Part shown: piece after piece, positions 19,294 to 31,077 of the stretch
Position numbering within the stretch: the first letter of the stretch is position 1
Layout: every line of letters begins with the position of its first letter
Notes under the pieces: generated by a model
The model's database searches: none
What the model saw: the letters and a program-made list of their open reading frames with translations, nothing else
What the model was told of the DNA's origin: nothing
Assembly: GCA_049840735.1 (NCBI GenBank)
Contig: JASGJN010000017.1
Coordinates: 384,001-448,000 of the forward strand
DNA length: 64,000 nt
Reading direction: 5' to 3'
DNA from: Anaeromyxobacter sp.
GTDB taxonomy: Bacteria > Myxococcota > Myxococcia > Myxococcales > Anaeromyxobacteraceae
Position numbers and translations under genes: made by a program

Positions 19294-19327
19294 CCGTTCG
19301 CGGTTCGACAGGCTCACCGCGAACGGT
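19294..19327. repeat. REP-like palindrome, identical to the copy at 18165-18198
   Basis: CCGTTCGCGGTTCGACAGGCTCACCGCGAACGGT. Confidence 0.8.
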
Positions 19328-19369
19328 CTTCTTCGCCGCGAACGGTCCCGCCTCGGAGCGCCGCGGCCT

Positions 19370-21518
<2,149 letters not shown>

Positions 21519-21775
21519 CCGTCCTCCAGCCACCCCGCGGGCAAGCGTAATGGAGACTCCCTTCGGGACGGAGGAATTTCGCCTGCCTCCGGCGTCGCGC
21601 CTTCATGGTGCTCGCCCGGTATCCGGGCAACACCCTGCACGCGTGCACGGCCCGACCCGCCCCGCGCCTACCCCCGCAAGGCCACCCCGCGTGCCCGCGG
21701 CGGGGCTGCGCGAGCACGCGCACCCTGGTATCTCTTCGGTCCACGGGCAGGCACCTGGCAGCGGCGGAGGCCTCG

Positions 21776-23392
21776 ATGCAGCAGCTCGACTACCTGATCA
21801 TCGGCTCCGGCTTCGGCGGCAGCGTCAGCGCGCTCCGGCTGGTGGAGAAGGGCTACCGGGTCGCGATGCTGGAGAAGGGCCGGCGCTGGGCGCCGGAGGA
21901 CTTCCCCCGTTCCAACTGGAACCTGCGGCGCTGGCTCTGGATGCCGGCGCTCGGGTTCCACGGCATCTTCAAGATGACCTTCCTCCGCCACCTCACCGCG
22001 CTCTCCGGCGTGGGCGTGGGCGGCGGCTCGCTCGTCTACGCCAACACCCTCCCCACGCCCAAGGACGCCTTCTTCCAGGCGCCCACCTGGCGCGAGCTGG
22101 CCGACTGGAAGCGCGAGCTCGCGCCGCACTACGAGACCGCGCTGCGCATGCTGGGCGCGACCCAGAACCCGCACCTCGGCCCGGCGGACGAGGTGATCCG
22201 CGCCATCGGGCGGGACCTGGGACGCGAGGACGGCTTCCAGCCGGTCCGGGTGGCGGTCTACTTCGGCCAGCCGGGCGTGACCGCGAAGGACCCGTACTTC
22301 GGCGGCGAGGGGCCGGACCGGATCGGCTGCACGCTCTGTGGTGGGTGCATGGTGGGCTGCCGCCCGGGCGGCAAGAACACGCTCGACAAGAACTACCTCT
22401 GGCTGGCCGAGCGGCGCGGCCTGCGCATCGAGGCCGACACCGAGGTGACCTGGGTGCGGCCGCTCCCCGGCGGCGGCTACGAGCTCGAGGCCAGGCAGGG
22501 GCGCTCGCGCCTCTTGCGCAAGAGGGTCCGCTTCACCGCGCGCCAGGTGATCTTCTCCGGCGGCGTGCTCGGCACCGTGCCGCTGCTGCTCAAGGTGCGC
22601 GCCAGCCCCAACGGCCTGCCGCTCCTCTCGCGGCGCCTGGGCGAGCGGGTCCGGACCAACTCGGAGGCGCTCATCGGCGTCACCACCCTGCGCAAGGACC
22701 TCGACCTGTCGAAGGGGCTGGCCATCACCAGCATCCTCCACACCGACGAGCACTCCCACCTCGAGCCGGTGCGCTACCCGGCCGGCTCGGGCTTCTTCCG
22801 GCCGCTGATCGCGCCGCTGGTGGCGGGCGAGAGCGCGCCCATCCGCGTGCTCCGGACCTTCATCACGTTCCTGCGCCACCCCTTCCGGCAGCTGCGCATC
22901 CGGCTGGTGCCGGACTTCGCCCGCGCCACCACCATCCTGCTCTACATGCGCACGCTGGAGGGGACGCTGCGGCTTCGCCGCGCCGCCGGCGGCCGCCTCA
23001 CCACCTCGCTGGCGGGTGGGCCGGCGCCCTCCGCGTCGATGCCCGAGGCCTTCGACCTGGCGCGGCGGGTGGAGGAGAAGATCGACGGCGTGGCCGGCAC
23101 GCTGGCCACCGAGACGCTGCTGGGGACGCCGACCACCGCGCACATCCTGGGCGGCGCCTGCATGGGCAGGAGCGCCGAGGATGGGGTCATCGACCACCGC
23201 CATCGGGTCTTCGGCTACGAGGGGCTCTACGTGGTGGACGGCTCGGCGGTCTCCGCCAACCCGGGCGTCAATCCCTCGCTCACCATCACCGCGCTGGCCG
23301 AGCGGGCCATGAGCTTCATCCCGCCCGCCACCGAGGCGGCCGCGAAGGCGCCCGCCAGCCACGCCGTGCTGCAGGCGGTGCCGGCCAGCTGA
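21776..23392 (+). CDS. GMC oxidoreductase, cholesterol oxidase-like
   Basis: IIGSGFGGSVSALRL, GVGGGSLVYA, CTLCGGCMVGC, KNTLDKNYL, TAHILGG, NPGVNPSLTITALAERA. Confidence 0.88.
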   Translation: MQQLDYLIIGSGFGGSVSALRLVEKGYRVAMLEKGRRWAPEDFPRSNWNLRRWLWMPALGFHGIFKMTFLRHLTALSGVGVGGGSLVYANTLPTPKDAFFQAPTWRELADWKRELAPHYETALRMLGATQNPHLGPADEVIRAIGRDLGREDGFQPVRVAVYFGQPGVTAKDPYFGGEGPDRIGCTLCGGCMVGCRPGGKNTLDKNYLWLAERRGLRIEADTEVTWVRPLPGGGYELEARQGRSRLLRKRVRFTARQVIFSGGVLGTVPLLLKVRASPNGLPLLSRRLGERVRTNSEALIGVTTLRKDLDLSKGLAITSILHTDEHSHLEPVRYPAGSGFFRPLIAPLVAGESAPIRVLRTFITFLRHPFRQLRIRLVPDFARATTILLYMRTLEGTLRLRRAAGGRLTTSLAGGPAPSASMPEAFDLARRVEEKIDGVAGTLATETLLGTPTTAHILGGACMGRSAEDGVIDHRHRVFGYEGLYVVDGSAVSANPGVNPSLTITALAERAMSFIPPATEAAAKAPASHAVLQAVPAS

Positions 23393-23405
23393 GCGGGGGG
23401 CCCTG

Positions 23406-23676
23406 CCCTTCGACTCCGCCGCGGCTTCGCCGCGGCTACGCTCAGGGCGAACGGAGGCTGAGCGTAGCCACAGCGTAGCCACGGGCGAACGGAGCCTTCA
23501 TCCGTTCGGGCTGAGCGTGGCCACGGGCAAACGGAGCCTTCATCCGCCCGGCTGAGCGTAGCCACGGGCGAGCGGAGCCTTCATCCGTCCGGGCTGAGCC
23601 TAGCCACGGGCAAGCGGAGCCTTCATCCGTTCGGGCTGAGCGTAGCGAGCCCGCAGGGCTCGCGGAGTCGAAGCCC
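23406..23676. repeat. REP/BIME-like cluster with four ~42-bp tandem units (23472-23638)
   Basis: Unit AGCGTAGCCACGGGCGAACGGAGCCTTCATCCGTTCGGGCTG x4 (degenerate), bracketed by inverted TTCGACTCCG / CGGAGTCGAA ends. Confidence 0.85.
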
Positions 23677-23833
23677 AGGCCCTGCTCCCCGCAGGCCAAC
23701 CCTGCGAGCGGACGGGCCTTCCTCGCCCTTGCCGGCGGGCCGGCGCGGCCACCGGCAGGTGCTCCGGTGGGTCTGGCGAGCCGCGTCGTCCATTTTCCAG
23801 GTGACAGGTCCGCTCGAAGTGAGCACGATGCGC

Positions 23834-23851
23834 GCTGTAATCGTTTACAGC
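23834..23851. promoter_or_regulatory. LacI-family operator 1
   Basis: GCTGTAATCGTTTACAGC near-perfect palindrome with central CG, upstream of the PTS operon that ends in a LacI gene. Confidence 0.75.
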
Positions 23852-23923
23852 GATGCGGGCCAGGTGATTTCAACCTGACCGGGACGCAGCTGGCAGGTTG
23901 GGCCCGAGAACGCGGGCCATCCC

Positions 23924-23937
23924 TGTAATCGATTACT
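23924..23937. promoter_or_regulatory. LacI-family operator 2
   Basis: TGTAATCGATTACT with perfect core GTAATCGATTAC, about 88 bp from operator 1. Confidence 0.75.
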
Positions 23938-23985
23938 GACGAATCGGGGACTGCACGCAGGACCAACCATCGAGGAGCAGCTGCG

Positions 23986-25053
23986 ATGATCCGAGAGCGC
24001 CTTCAGAAGTTCGGCGGCTTCCTGGCCGCCATGGTCATCCCGAACATCTCCGCCTTCCTGGCCTGGGGGCTCATCACCGCCCTCTTCATCCCGGTCGGCT
24101 GGTGGCCCAACGAGCGGTTCGCGGCCCTGGTCGGGCCGATGATCACCTACCTGCTCCCGCTGCTGATCGGCTACACCGGCGGCAAGCTCATCCACGACGT
24201 GCGCGGCGGCGTCATCGGCGCTGCAGCCACCATGGGCGTGGTGGTCGGCGCCGGCGTCCCGATGTTCATGGGCGCGATGATCATGGGCCCGCTCGGCGGC
24301 TGGCTGATGAAGAAGGTCGACGAGGCCCTCGAGGACCATATCCCGGTCGGCTTCGAGATGCTGGTGAACGTCTTCACCGGCGGCTTCCTGGCGGTGGGCC
24401 TGATCCTGATCGCCAACGTGCTCATCGGCCCAGCGGTGCAGGGCGTCACGAACGGCTTCGGCCACGCCGTGCGGGTGATGGTCGACAACCGCATGCTGCC
24501 GCTGGCCGACCTGGTGATCGAGCCGGCCAAGATCCTCTTCCTCAACAACGCCATCAACCACGGCATCCTGGCCCCGGCCGGCGTCGCCGAGGTGCAGCAG
24601 TCCGGCAAGGCCATCCACTTCCTGCTCGAGACCAACCCCGGCCCCGGCCTGGGCATGCTGCTGGCGTACTGGGTGGCGGGCAAGGGCCTGCTCAAGGAGA
24701 ACGCGCCCGGCGCCGCCATCGTCCACTTCCTGGGCGGCATCCACGAGATCTACTTCCCGTTCGTCCTGGCCCACCCGATCATGCTGCTCGCCATGTGGGC
24801 CGGCGGCATGTGCGCCGACCTCTGGTTCGTGATCACCAACGCCGGCCTGGTGGCCACCCCCGCCCCGGGCTCGATCTTCGCGTACCTGGCGGTCATCCCG
24901 AAGGGCTCGCACGTCGCGGTGCTGGGCGGCGTGCTGATCGGGACCATCGCCTCGTTCCTGGTGGGGTCCTTCATCCTGAAGGTCTTCCCGGTCCGCAAGC
25001 TCGCAGGTGAAGAAGAGGCTGCGGGCACCCCGTCCGCCACCGCCGCGGCCTAG
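23986..25053 (+). CDS. mtlA: PTS mannitol-family EIIC
   Basis: QKFGGFLAAMVIPNISAFLAWG, PMFMGAMIMGP, EPAKILFLNNAINHGI, ETNPGPGLG, FLGGIHEIYFP. Confidence 0.9.
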   Translation: MIRERLQKFGGFLAAMVIPNISAFLAWGLITALFIPVGWWPNERFAALVGPMITYLLPLLIGYTGGKLIHDVRGGVIGAAATMGVVVGAGVPMFMGAMIMGPLGGWLMKKVDEALEDHIPVGFEMLVNVFTGGFLAVGLILIANVLIGPAVQGVTNGFGHAVRVMVDNRMLPLADLVIEPAKILFLNNAINHGILAPAGVAEVQQSGKAIHFLLETNPGPGLGMLLAYWVAGKGLLKENAPGAAIVHFLGGIHEIYFPFVLAHPIMLLAMWAGGMCADLWFVITNAGLVATPAPGSIFAYLAVIPKGSHVAVLGGVLIGTIASFLVGSFILKVFPVRKLAGEEEAAGTPSATAAA

Positions 25054-25080
25054 CGCGCGGTCCAGTCCCCGGAGGACGCC

Positions 25081-25404
25081 ATGGCCACATCCATCCCAGC
25101 GAAGCAGGTGGACACCGTCATCGTCGCGTGCGAGGCCGGCATGGGCTCGAGCGTGATGTGCGTCAGCGCGATGAAGAAGAAGCTCAAGGCCGCCGGCCTG
25201 GACGTGAAGGTGGTCCACTCGCCGGTGCGGGCCCTGACGGCCAGCGCCAAGCTGGTGCTGGTCCACCGCGGGCTCCTCGCCACGGCGCGCAAGACGGCGC
25301 CGGGCGCGGTGGTGGTGGCCTTCGACCACTTCATGAACGACCCCGTCTTCGACACCGTCGTGAAGACGCTGGCGGCGGGCGGCGACGTGGTCGAGGTCGG
25401 GTGA
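25081..25404 (+). CDS. PTS mannitol-family EIIB
   Basis: VACEAGMGSS phosphocysteine loop. Confidence 0.88.
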   Translation: MATSIPAKQVDTVIVACEAGMGSSVMCVSAMKKKLKAAGLDVKVVHSPVRALTASAKLVLVHRGLLATARKTAPGAVVVAFDHFMNDPVFDTVVKTLAAGGDVVEVG

Positions 25405-25409
25405 CGGCC

Positions 25410-25844
25410 ATGGCGATCCTCACCACTGAGCTGGTCCGGCTCTCCGCCCGGGCCGCCGACAAGGCCGAGGCCATCCGGCTGGCGGGCGAGCTGCTGGTGA
25501 AGGCCGGCTGCGTGGCGCCGGCCTACGTGGACGGGATGCTCGCCCGCGAGCAGACCATGTCCACCTTCCTGGGCTCCGGGGTGGCCATCCCCCACGGCCA
25601 GTTCGGCGACAAGGAGCTGGTCCACCGCACCGGCATCTCGGTGCTGCAGGTCCCCGGCGGCGTGGAGTGGGAGCCGGGGGAGCAGGTCTACCTGGTCATC
25701 GGCATCGCCGCCCAGCACGACGAGCACGTGGACGTGCTCCAGCGGCTGGCCGAGGTGGTCGAGGACGAGGCGCTGATCGGGAGCCTGCGGTCGGCGACCG
25801 ATCCCGCGGCGGTCGTGGCGTGCCTCGACCAGCCCGCGGCGTAG
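25410..25844 (+). CDS. mtlF: PTS mannitol/fructose-family EIIA
   Basis: REQTMSTFLGSGVAIPHG, VIGIAAQHDEH. Confidence 0.88.
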   Translation: MAILTTELVRLSARAADKAEAIRLAGELLVKAGCVAPAYVDGMLAREQTMSTFLGSGVAIPHGQFGDKELVHRTGISVLQVPGGVEWEPGEQVYLVIGIAAQHDEHVDVLQRLAEVVEDEALIGSLRSATDPAAVVACLDQPAA

Positions 25845-25938
25845 GGCGGACGGCACCGGCGGCCCCGGCCCGCGCGCGGCGCGGCGGGTCGGGGCGCGCG
25901 GGCCGAGGCGAAGCGGACATCGACGCACCGAGGTGAGC

Positions 25939-27972
25939 ATGCAAGCCGGGATCGAGCTGGTGATCCAGAACCGGACCGGGCTCCACGCCAGGCCGGCCCG
26001 CGAGTTCGTCAACCTGGCCAAGAAGTTCCAGGCCGACGTGCGGGTGCTGCACGGCGGCCGCAAGGCCAACGGCAAGAGCCTGGTGTCGCTCCTCACGCTG
26101 GGCGCGAAGCAGGGCGCCGCCATCCGCATCGAGGTGGACGGCCCGGACGCCGAGGCGGCGCTGGACGCGCTCACGGCAGCGGTCGCGAGCGGCCTCAACG
26201 ACGAGCCGGCCGCCGCCGCCGCGCCTCCGGCTCAAGCGCCCGTCCCCCTCCCCTCACCGGAGGCCCAGGCGCCGCTGGCGGCGGGGGCGCTGCGCGGCAT
26301 CCCGGCCGCGCCCGGCGTGGCCATCGGGCCGCTGCACCAGCTGGTGCGCGCCGCGGAGCCGATCCGCCGCGATGAGCAGCTGGACGATCCCTACGCCGAG
26401 GCGGGCAAGCTGCGCGAGGCCATCGCCACCGCCCGCCACCAGGTCGCGGCCATCCGCGAGCGGCTGGCCGGGCAGGCCACCGCCGCCGACGCGGCCATCT
26501 TCGACGTGCACCTGGAGATCCTGGAGGACCCGGACCTGCTGGCCGCCGCCGCTGCCCGCGTGACGCGCGGCGAGGGCGCGGTGCGGAGCTGGCAGTCCGC
26601 GCTGGAGGAGCGCGCGGTCCAGGTGGCGGTGCTGGAGGACGCGCTGCTGGCGGCCCGCGCCGCCGACCTGCGCGACGTGGCCGCCCGGGTGGTGCGCATC
26701 CTCACCGGCGTGGTCGAGGACGCCCTGGCCGCCCTCCCCGACCGGCCGGTGATCCTGGTGGCGAGCGACCTCTCGCCCTCCGAGACCGCCTCGCTCGATC
26801 GGACCCGCATCCTGGGGCTGTGCACGGCCGCCGGCGGGCCCACCTCGCACGCCGCCATCCTGGCCCGCGCCCTGGCCCTCCCCTCGGTGGTCAACGCCGG
26901 GCCGGAGGTGCTCACCTGGCCCAACGGGACCACGGTGGTGCTGGACGGCGAGGCGGGCGTCATCGAGCGCGATCCCGACCCGGCCCGGGTGGCCCGGGCC
27001 CAGGAGGCGCAGGCTGCCGCCGCGGCGCGCCGGCGCGAGGCCGAGCGCACCGCCAGCGATCCGGCCGTGACCCGAGACGGCCACCGGGTGGAGGTGGTGG
27101 CCAACGTGGGCAGCGCCGAGGAGGCGGTCCGGGCCCAGGCGGCCGGCGCCGAGGGCGTGGGGCTCCTGCGCACCGAGTTCCTGTTCCTGGAGCGCACCCA
27201 GCCGCCCGGCGAGGACGAGCAGCACCGGGTCTACGCCAACGTGGCCAGCGCGCTGCGCGGGCAGCCGGTGATCATCCGCACGCTCGACGTGGGTGGCGAC
27301 AAGCCGCTGCCCTACCTGGACCTGCGCCCCGAGGCCAATCCGTTCCTGGGTGAGCGCGGCATCCGGCTCTGCCTGGCCCGTCCCGCGCTCTTCCGCGAGC
27401 AGCTGCGCGCCATCCTGCGGGCCACCACCGCCGGGCGCATCCGCATCATGTTCCCCATGATCGCCGACCTGCGCGAATGGCGGGCCGCCCGCGCCCTGGT
27501 GCGGGAGGTGGCCACCTCGCTCAAGGTGCAGGAGGTCGAGGTGGGCATCATGGTGGAGGTCCCCTCCGCCGCCCTGCTGGCCGGGGCCTTCGCCCGCGAG
27601 GTGGACTTCTTCTCCATCGGCTCCAACGACCTCACCCAGTACACCCTGGCCATGGACCGCGGCCACCCCGGCCTGGCCGCGCAGGCCGACGGCCTGCACC
27701 CGGCGGTGCTGGCGCTGATCGCCCGCACCGTGGAGGGCGCCCACCGCGAGAAGAAGTGGGTGGGGATCTGCGGCGAGCTGGGCTCGGACCCGGTGGCGGT
27801 GCCCATCCTGGTCGGGCTGGGCGTGGACGAGCTCTCGGTCAGCGTGCCCGCCATCGCGGCGGTCAAGGCGCAGGTCCGGGGGCTCGGCTTCGATGACGCG
27901 AAGAAGGTGGCCGAGGTGGCGCTGGCGTGCAGCACCGCGGCCGAGGTCAGGCAGAAGGCGAGGCTCCCATGA
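25939..27972 (+). CDS. HPr-Enzyme I fusion (PEP-protein phosphotransferase)
   Basis: GLHARPA (HPr His15), TSHAAI (EI His), GVGLLRTEFLF, NPFLGERGIR, SIGSNDLTQY, GICGE. Confidence 0.92.
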   Translation: MQAGIELVIQNRTGLHARPAREFVNLAKKFQADVRVLHGGRKANGKSLVSLLTLGAKQGAAIRIEVDGPDAEAALDALTAAVASGLNDEPAAAAAPPAQAPVPLPSPEAQAPLAAGALRGIPAAPGVAIGPLHQLVRAAEPIRRDEQLDDPYAEAGKLREAIATARHQVAAIRERLAGQATAADAAIFDVHLEILEDPDLLAAAAARVTRGEGAVRSWQSALEERAVQVAVLEDALLAARAADLRDVAARVVRILTGVVEDALAALPDRPVILVASDLSPSETASLDRTRILGLCTAAGGPTSHAAILARALALPSVVNAGPEVLTWPNGTTVVLDGEAGVIERDPDPARVARAQEAQAAAAARRREAERTASDPAVTRDGHRVEVVANVGSAEEAVRAQAAGAEGVGLLRTEFLFLERTQPPGEDEQHRVYANVASALRGQPVIIRTLDVGGDKPLPYLDLRPEANPFLGERGIRLCLARPALFREQLRAILRATTAGRIRIMFPMIADLREWRAARALVREVATSLKVQEVEVGIMVEVPSAALLAGAFAREVDFFSIGSNDLTQYTLAMDRGHPGLAAQADGLHPAVLALIARTVEGAHREKKWVGICGELGSDPVAVPILVGLGVDELSVSVPAIAAVKAQVRGLGFDDAKKVAEVALACSTAAEVRQKARLP

Positions 27973-29717
27973 CGGACAAGTTCACGCAGTACCGCGCCAC
28001 GCCGGTGCCCGTTCCGGCGCGGACGCTCACCTGGAACATGTACGGCGCCGGCCTGGAGAACGTCGGCCGCGCCGGACGGCCCGAGACCTTCCCGGTCCCC
28101 TCCCCCGGCCCCGACCAGCTGCTGGTCCGCGTGGACGCGGTGGGCATGTGCTTCTCCGACGTGAAGCTCATCAAGCAGGGCGGCAAGCACCCCAAGCTCT
28201 ACGACCGCGACCTGTCGCACGAGCCCACCCGGCTCGGGCACGAGGTGGCGCTGACGGTGGTGGAGGCGGGCGAGAAGCTGCGCGGCCGCTTCCGCCCGGG
28301 CCAGCGGCTCGGGCTGCAGCCGGACATCTACCAGGGCGGCCGGTCCACGGCCTACGGGTACACCATCCCCGGCGGCCTGACCCAGTTCCACCTCCTCGGC
28401 CCGGAGGTGCTGGACGCCGAGGGCGCCTGCTTCGTGCTGCCGCTCGAGGGCGACCTGGGCTACGCCGCCACCGCGCTCACAGAGCCCTGGGCCTGCGTGG
28501 AGGGGGCCTACCGGCAGCGCCGGCGGCTCGAGCCCAGGCCCGGCGGCGTGATGTGGCTGGTGGGCCGCCCCGGCGACGCCACCGCCTACACCTGCTCGCG
28601 CGGGCTGGAGGCGCCGGCCACCTTCGTGCTGACCGACGCGCCGCCCGCCGTGGCCGCGCTGGTCGAGAAGGAGGCTGCTCGCCGCGGCGCGAAGGTGATC
28701 CGCCGCGACGGCGTGGCGCCTGCGGGCTTTGCGGCGCTCTCCACCGAGCTGACCGGCGGCGCCGGCTTCGACGACGTGGTGCTGCTCGAGCCGCGCTCGG
28801 CCGAGGCCGTGGGCGCCGCGGGCCGGGTGGTGGCCCGCCGCGGCACGCTCAACCTGGTGGGCCGGACGCCGCTCGACGGCCCGGTGCAGGTGGACGTGGG
28901 GCGCATCCACTACGACTACACCGCCTACGTCGGCAGCCCCGGGCCGGACCTGGCCGCCTCCTACGGCGAGGCGCGCAACCGGGCCGAGCTGCGCGACGGC
29001 GGCCTGGCGGTCTACGTCGGCGCCGGCGGCCCCATGGGCCAGATGCACGTGCAGCGCGCGCTGGAGCTGCCCGGTGGCCCGCGCACGCTGCTGGCCAGCG
29101 ACGTCAACGGCGAGCGGCTGGCGGTGGTGGGCAAGGCCTTCGCCTCCCTGGCCCGCGAGCGCGGCAAGGAGCTGGTCCTGTTCCACCAGGCGCCCGGCGC
29201 CGAGCCGCTGCGCGAGGTGGTGGACCGGCTCTCCGGCGGGCGCGGCGCCGACGACGTGATCGTCTCGGTGCCGGTGGGCGAGGTGATGGCCGACGCGGCG
29301 AGGCTGATGGCACCGGACGGCATGCTGGTGCTCTTCGCCGGCGTGCCCAACGGCACCTACGCCCCGCTGGACCTGTCCGCGGTCTACCTGCACAACGCCC
29401 AGTACACCGGCACCTCCGGCTCCACCCTGGACGACCAGCGGCTGGTGATCCGCAAGGCGCTGGACCACACGCTGTCGCCGCAGCGCTCGGTGGGCGCGGT
29501 GGGCGGCCTGCACGCCGCGGTGGAGGGCGCGCGCGCCATGATGGAGGGGCGCTTCCCGGGCAAGATCCTGATCTTCCCGCAGCTGCCGGACCTGCCGCTG
29601 CTCTCGCTCCCGGAGCTGGCGCAGCGCTACCCGGAGGTCGGCGGCAAGCTCGACGCCAGCGGCGGGTGGACGCCGGAGGCCGAGAAGGCCCTCATCGAGA
29701 GGTTCTGGGCGCCGTGA
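27969..29717 (+). CDS. Zinc-binding MDR-family polyol(-phosphate) dehydrogenase, SorE-like, extended (~580 aa)
   Basis: GMCFSD, LGHE, LTEPWACV, GAGGPMGQMH, GTSGS; an extra middle Rossmann-like segment. Confidence 0.75.
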   Translation: MTDKFTQYRATPVPVPARTLTWNMYGAGLENVGRAGRPETFPVPSPGPDQLLVRVDAVGMCFSDVKLIKQGGKHPKLYDRDLSHEPTRLGHEVALTVVEAGEKLRGRFRPGQRLGLQPDIYQGGRSTAYGYTIPGGLTQFHLLGPEVLDAEGACFVLPLEGDLGYAATALTEPWACVEGAYRQRRRLEPRPGGVMWLVGRPGDATAYTCSRGLEAPATFVLTDAPPAVAALVEKEAARRGAKVIRRDGVAPAGFAALSTELTGGAGFDDVVLLEPRSAEAVGAAGRVVARRGTLNLVGRTPLDGPVQVDVGRIHYDYTAYVGSPGPDLAASYGEARNRAELRDGGLAVYVGAGGPMGQMHVQRALELPGGPRTLLASDVNGERLAVVGKAFASLARERGKELVLFHQAPGAEPLREVVDRLSGGRGADDVIVSVPVGEVMADAARLMAPDGMLVLFAGVPNGTYAPLDLSAVYLHNAQYTGTSGSTLDDQRLVIRKALDHTLSPQRSVGAVGGLHAAVEGARAMMEGRFPGKILIFPQLPDLPLLSLPELAQRYPEVGGKLDASGGWTPEAEKALIERFWAP

Positions 29718-30637
29718 TCTACACGCTCACGCTCAACCCGGCCCTGGACCGGGAGCTCCAGGTGCCGGAGATCGCCTTCGACGCCGTGCTGCGCGCCAGC
29801 TCGCAGCGCGTCGACTGCGGCGGCAAGGGCTTCAACGTCTCCCGCGCGCTGGCCGGGCTGGGCGCGGAGAGCGTGGCGCTGGGGCTGGTGGGCGGCTTCG
29901 CCGGCCAGCAGCTGACGGCCGGGCTGGCCGCGCTCGGCATCCCCACCGACTTCGTCTCCATCGCCGGCGAGACCCGCACCAACGTGACCATCGTCGGGCC
30001 CGGGCACCACATCAAGGTGAACGAGGCCGGCCCCACCATCCGCCCGGAGGAGCTGGCGCGGCTGGTGTCGGCGGTGAAGGCCACGGCCCGCGCCGGCGAC
30101 TGGTGGGTCCTCTCCGGCAGCCTGCCCCCCGGGGCGCCGGACCGGCTCTACGCCGACCTGATCGCCATCCTGAAGGCGGCCGGCGCGCGCGCCGTGCTCG
30201 ACACCAGCGGCCCGGCCCTGCGCCACGCCTGCGCCGCGGGGCCGTTCCTGGCCAAGCCCAACGCGGCCGAGGCGACCGAGCTGACCGGTCACCGCGTCGA
30301 GTCGGCCGACGACGTGGGGCCCGCCCTCGACGCCATCCACGCCGGCGGGGTGAGCACGGTGCTCGTCTCGCTGGGCAAGCGCGGGGCGGTCCTCTCCGAC
30401 GGCACGAACCGCTGGCGGGCGCGGCCGCCGGCCATCGAGGAGCGGAACCCCATCGGCGCGGGCGACGCCATGGTGGCGGGGCTGGTCTGGGCCCTGTCGC
30501 GGAGCCTGGCGCCGGAGGAGGCGCTGCGCTGGGGCGTGGCCAGCGGCGCGGCCGCCGCGGCCATGGACGGCACGGCGGCCGGGTCGCGCGAGGCGGTGGA
30601 GGCGCTCACGCGCCGGGTGGAGATCGCGCCGCTCTGA
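29714..30637 (+). CDS. 1-phosphofructokinase/LacC-type PfkB sugar-phosphate kinase
   Basis: IYTLTLNPALD, GGKGFNVS, GETRTNV, SGSLPPG, KPNAAE, GAGDAMVAG; GTGA overlap with the upstream stop. Confidence 0.88.
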   Translation: MIYTLTLNPALDRELQVPEIAFDAVLRASSQRVDCGGKGFNVSRALAGLGAESVALGLVGGFAGQQLTAGLAALGIPTDFVSIAGETRTNVTIVGPGHHIKVNEAGPTIRPEELARLVSAVKATARAGDWWVLSGSLPPGAPDRLYADLIAILKAAGARAVLDTSGPALRHACAAGPFLAKPNAAEATELTGHRVESADDVGPALDAIHAGGVSTVLVSLGKRGAVLSDGTNRWRARPPAIEERNPIGAGDAMVAGLVWALSRSLAPEEALRWGVASGAAAAAMDGTAAGSREAVEALTRRVEIAPL

Positions 30638-30658
30638 GCGGCGCAGGTGGAGGGCGTC

Positions 30659-31021
30659 ATGGGCTACGAGGTGAAGGGCACGAGGAGCTACGCGAAGCCC
30701 GCTGCGGCGGTGGCCGCGGCCGCGGCAGAGGTACTGGCGGCCCTCGGCGGCAAGGCGGCCAAGACCTCACGGCCGGCCGACGGGCACCTGGAGGCCATCT
30801 TCAACAAGGAGGTGGCGGGCAAGGCCTTCATGAACCGCTGCCAGCTGGTGCTTGACGTCGCCGCCTCGGGCGAGCAGGCCTCGCTTTCGGCCGGTTGCTG
30901 GCCCATCGACCCCATCGGCAAGAAGCTCCTCTTCGGCGTGATGGGCGAGCCGGCCAAGCTGGTGCTGGACACGTTCCTGGCGCGGCTGGACGCCGCGCTG
31001 GGGCAGACCGCCGGCGCCTAG
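30659..31021 (+). CDS. Hypothetical protein in the PTS operon
   Basis: 120-aa ORF with GGAGG RBS, host-like codons. Confidence 0.7.
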   Translation: MGYEVKGTRSYAKPAAAVAAAAAEVLAALGGKAAKTSRPADGHLEAIFNKEVAGKAFMNRCQLVLDVAASGEQASLSAGCWPIDPIGKKLLFGVMGEPAKLVLDTFLARLDAALGQTAGA

Positions 31022-31077
31022 CGGCTTGGCGGCCGGCGGAGCCCGGGCTATGGTCCCGCGGCCTTGGAGGGCGAGAC

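Noticed and set aside
23472..23638. Possible CRISPR array
   Set aside because: Units are contiguous near-identical tandem copies with no unique spacers, built from REP motifs; no cas genes.
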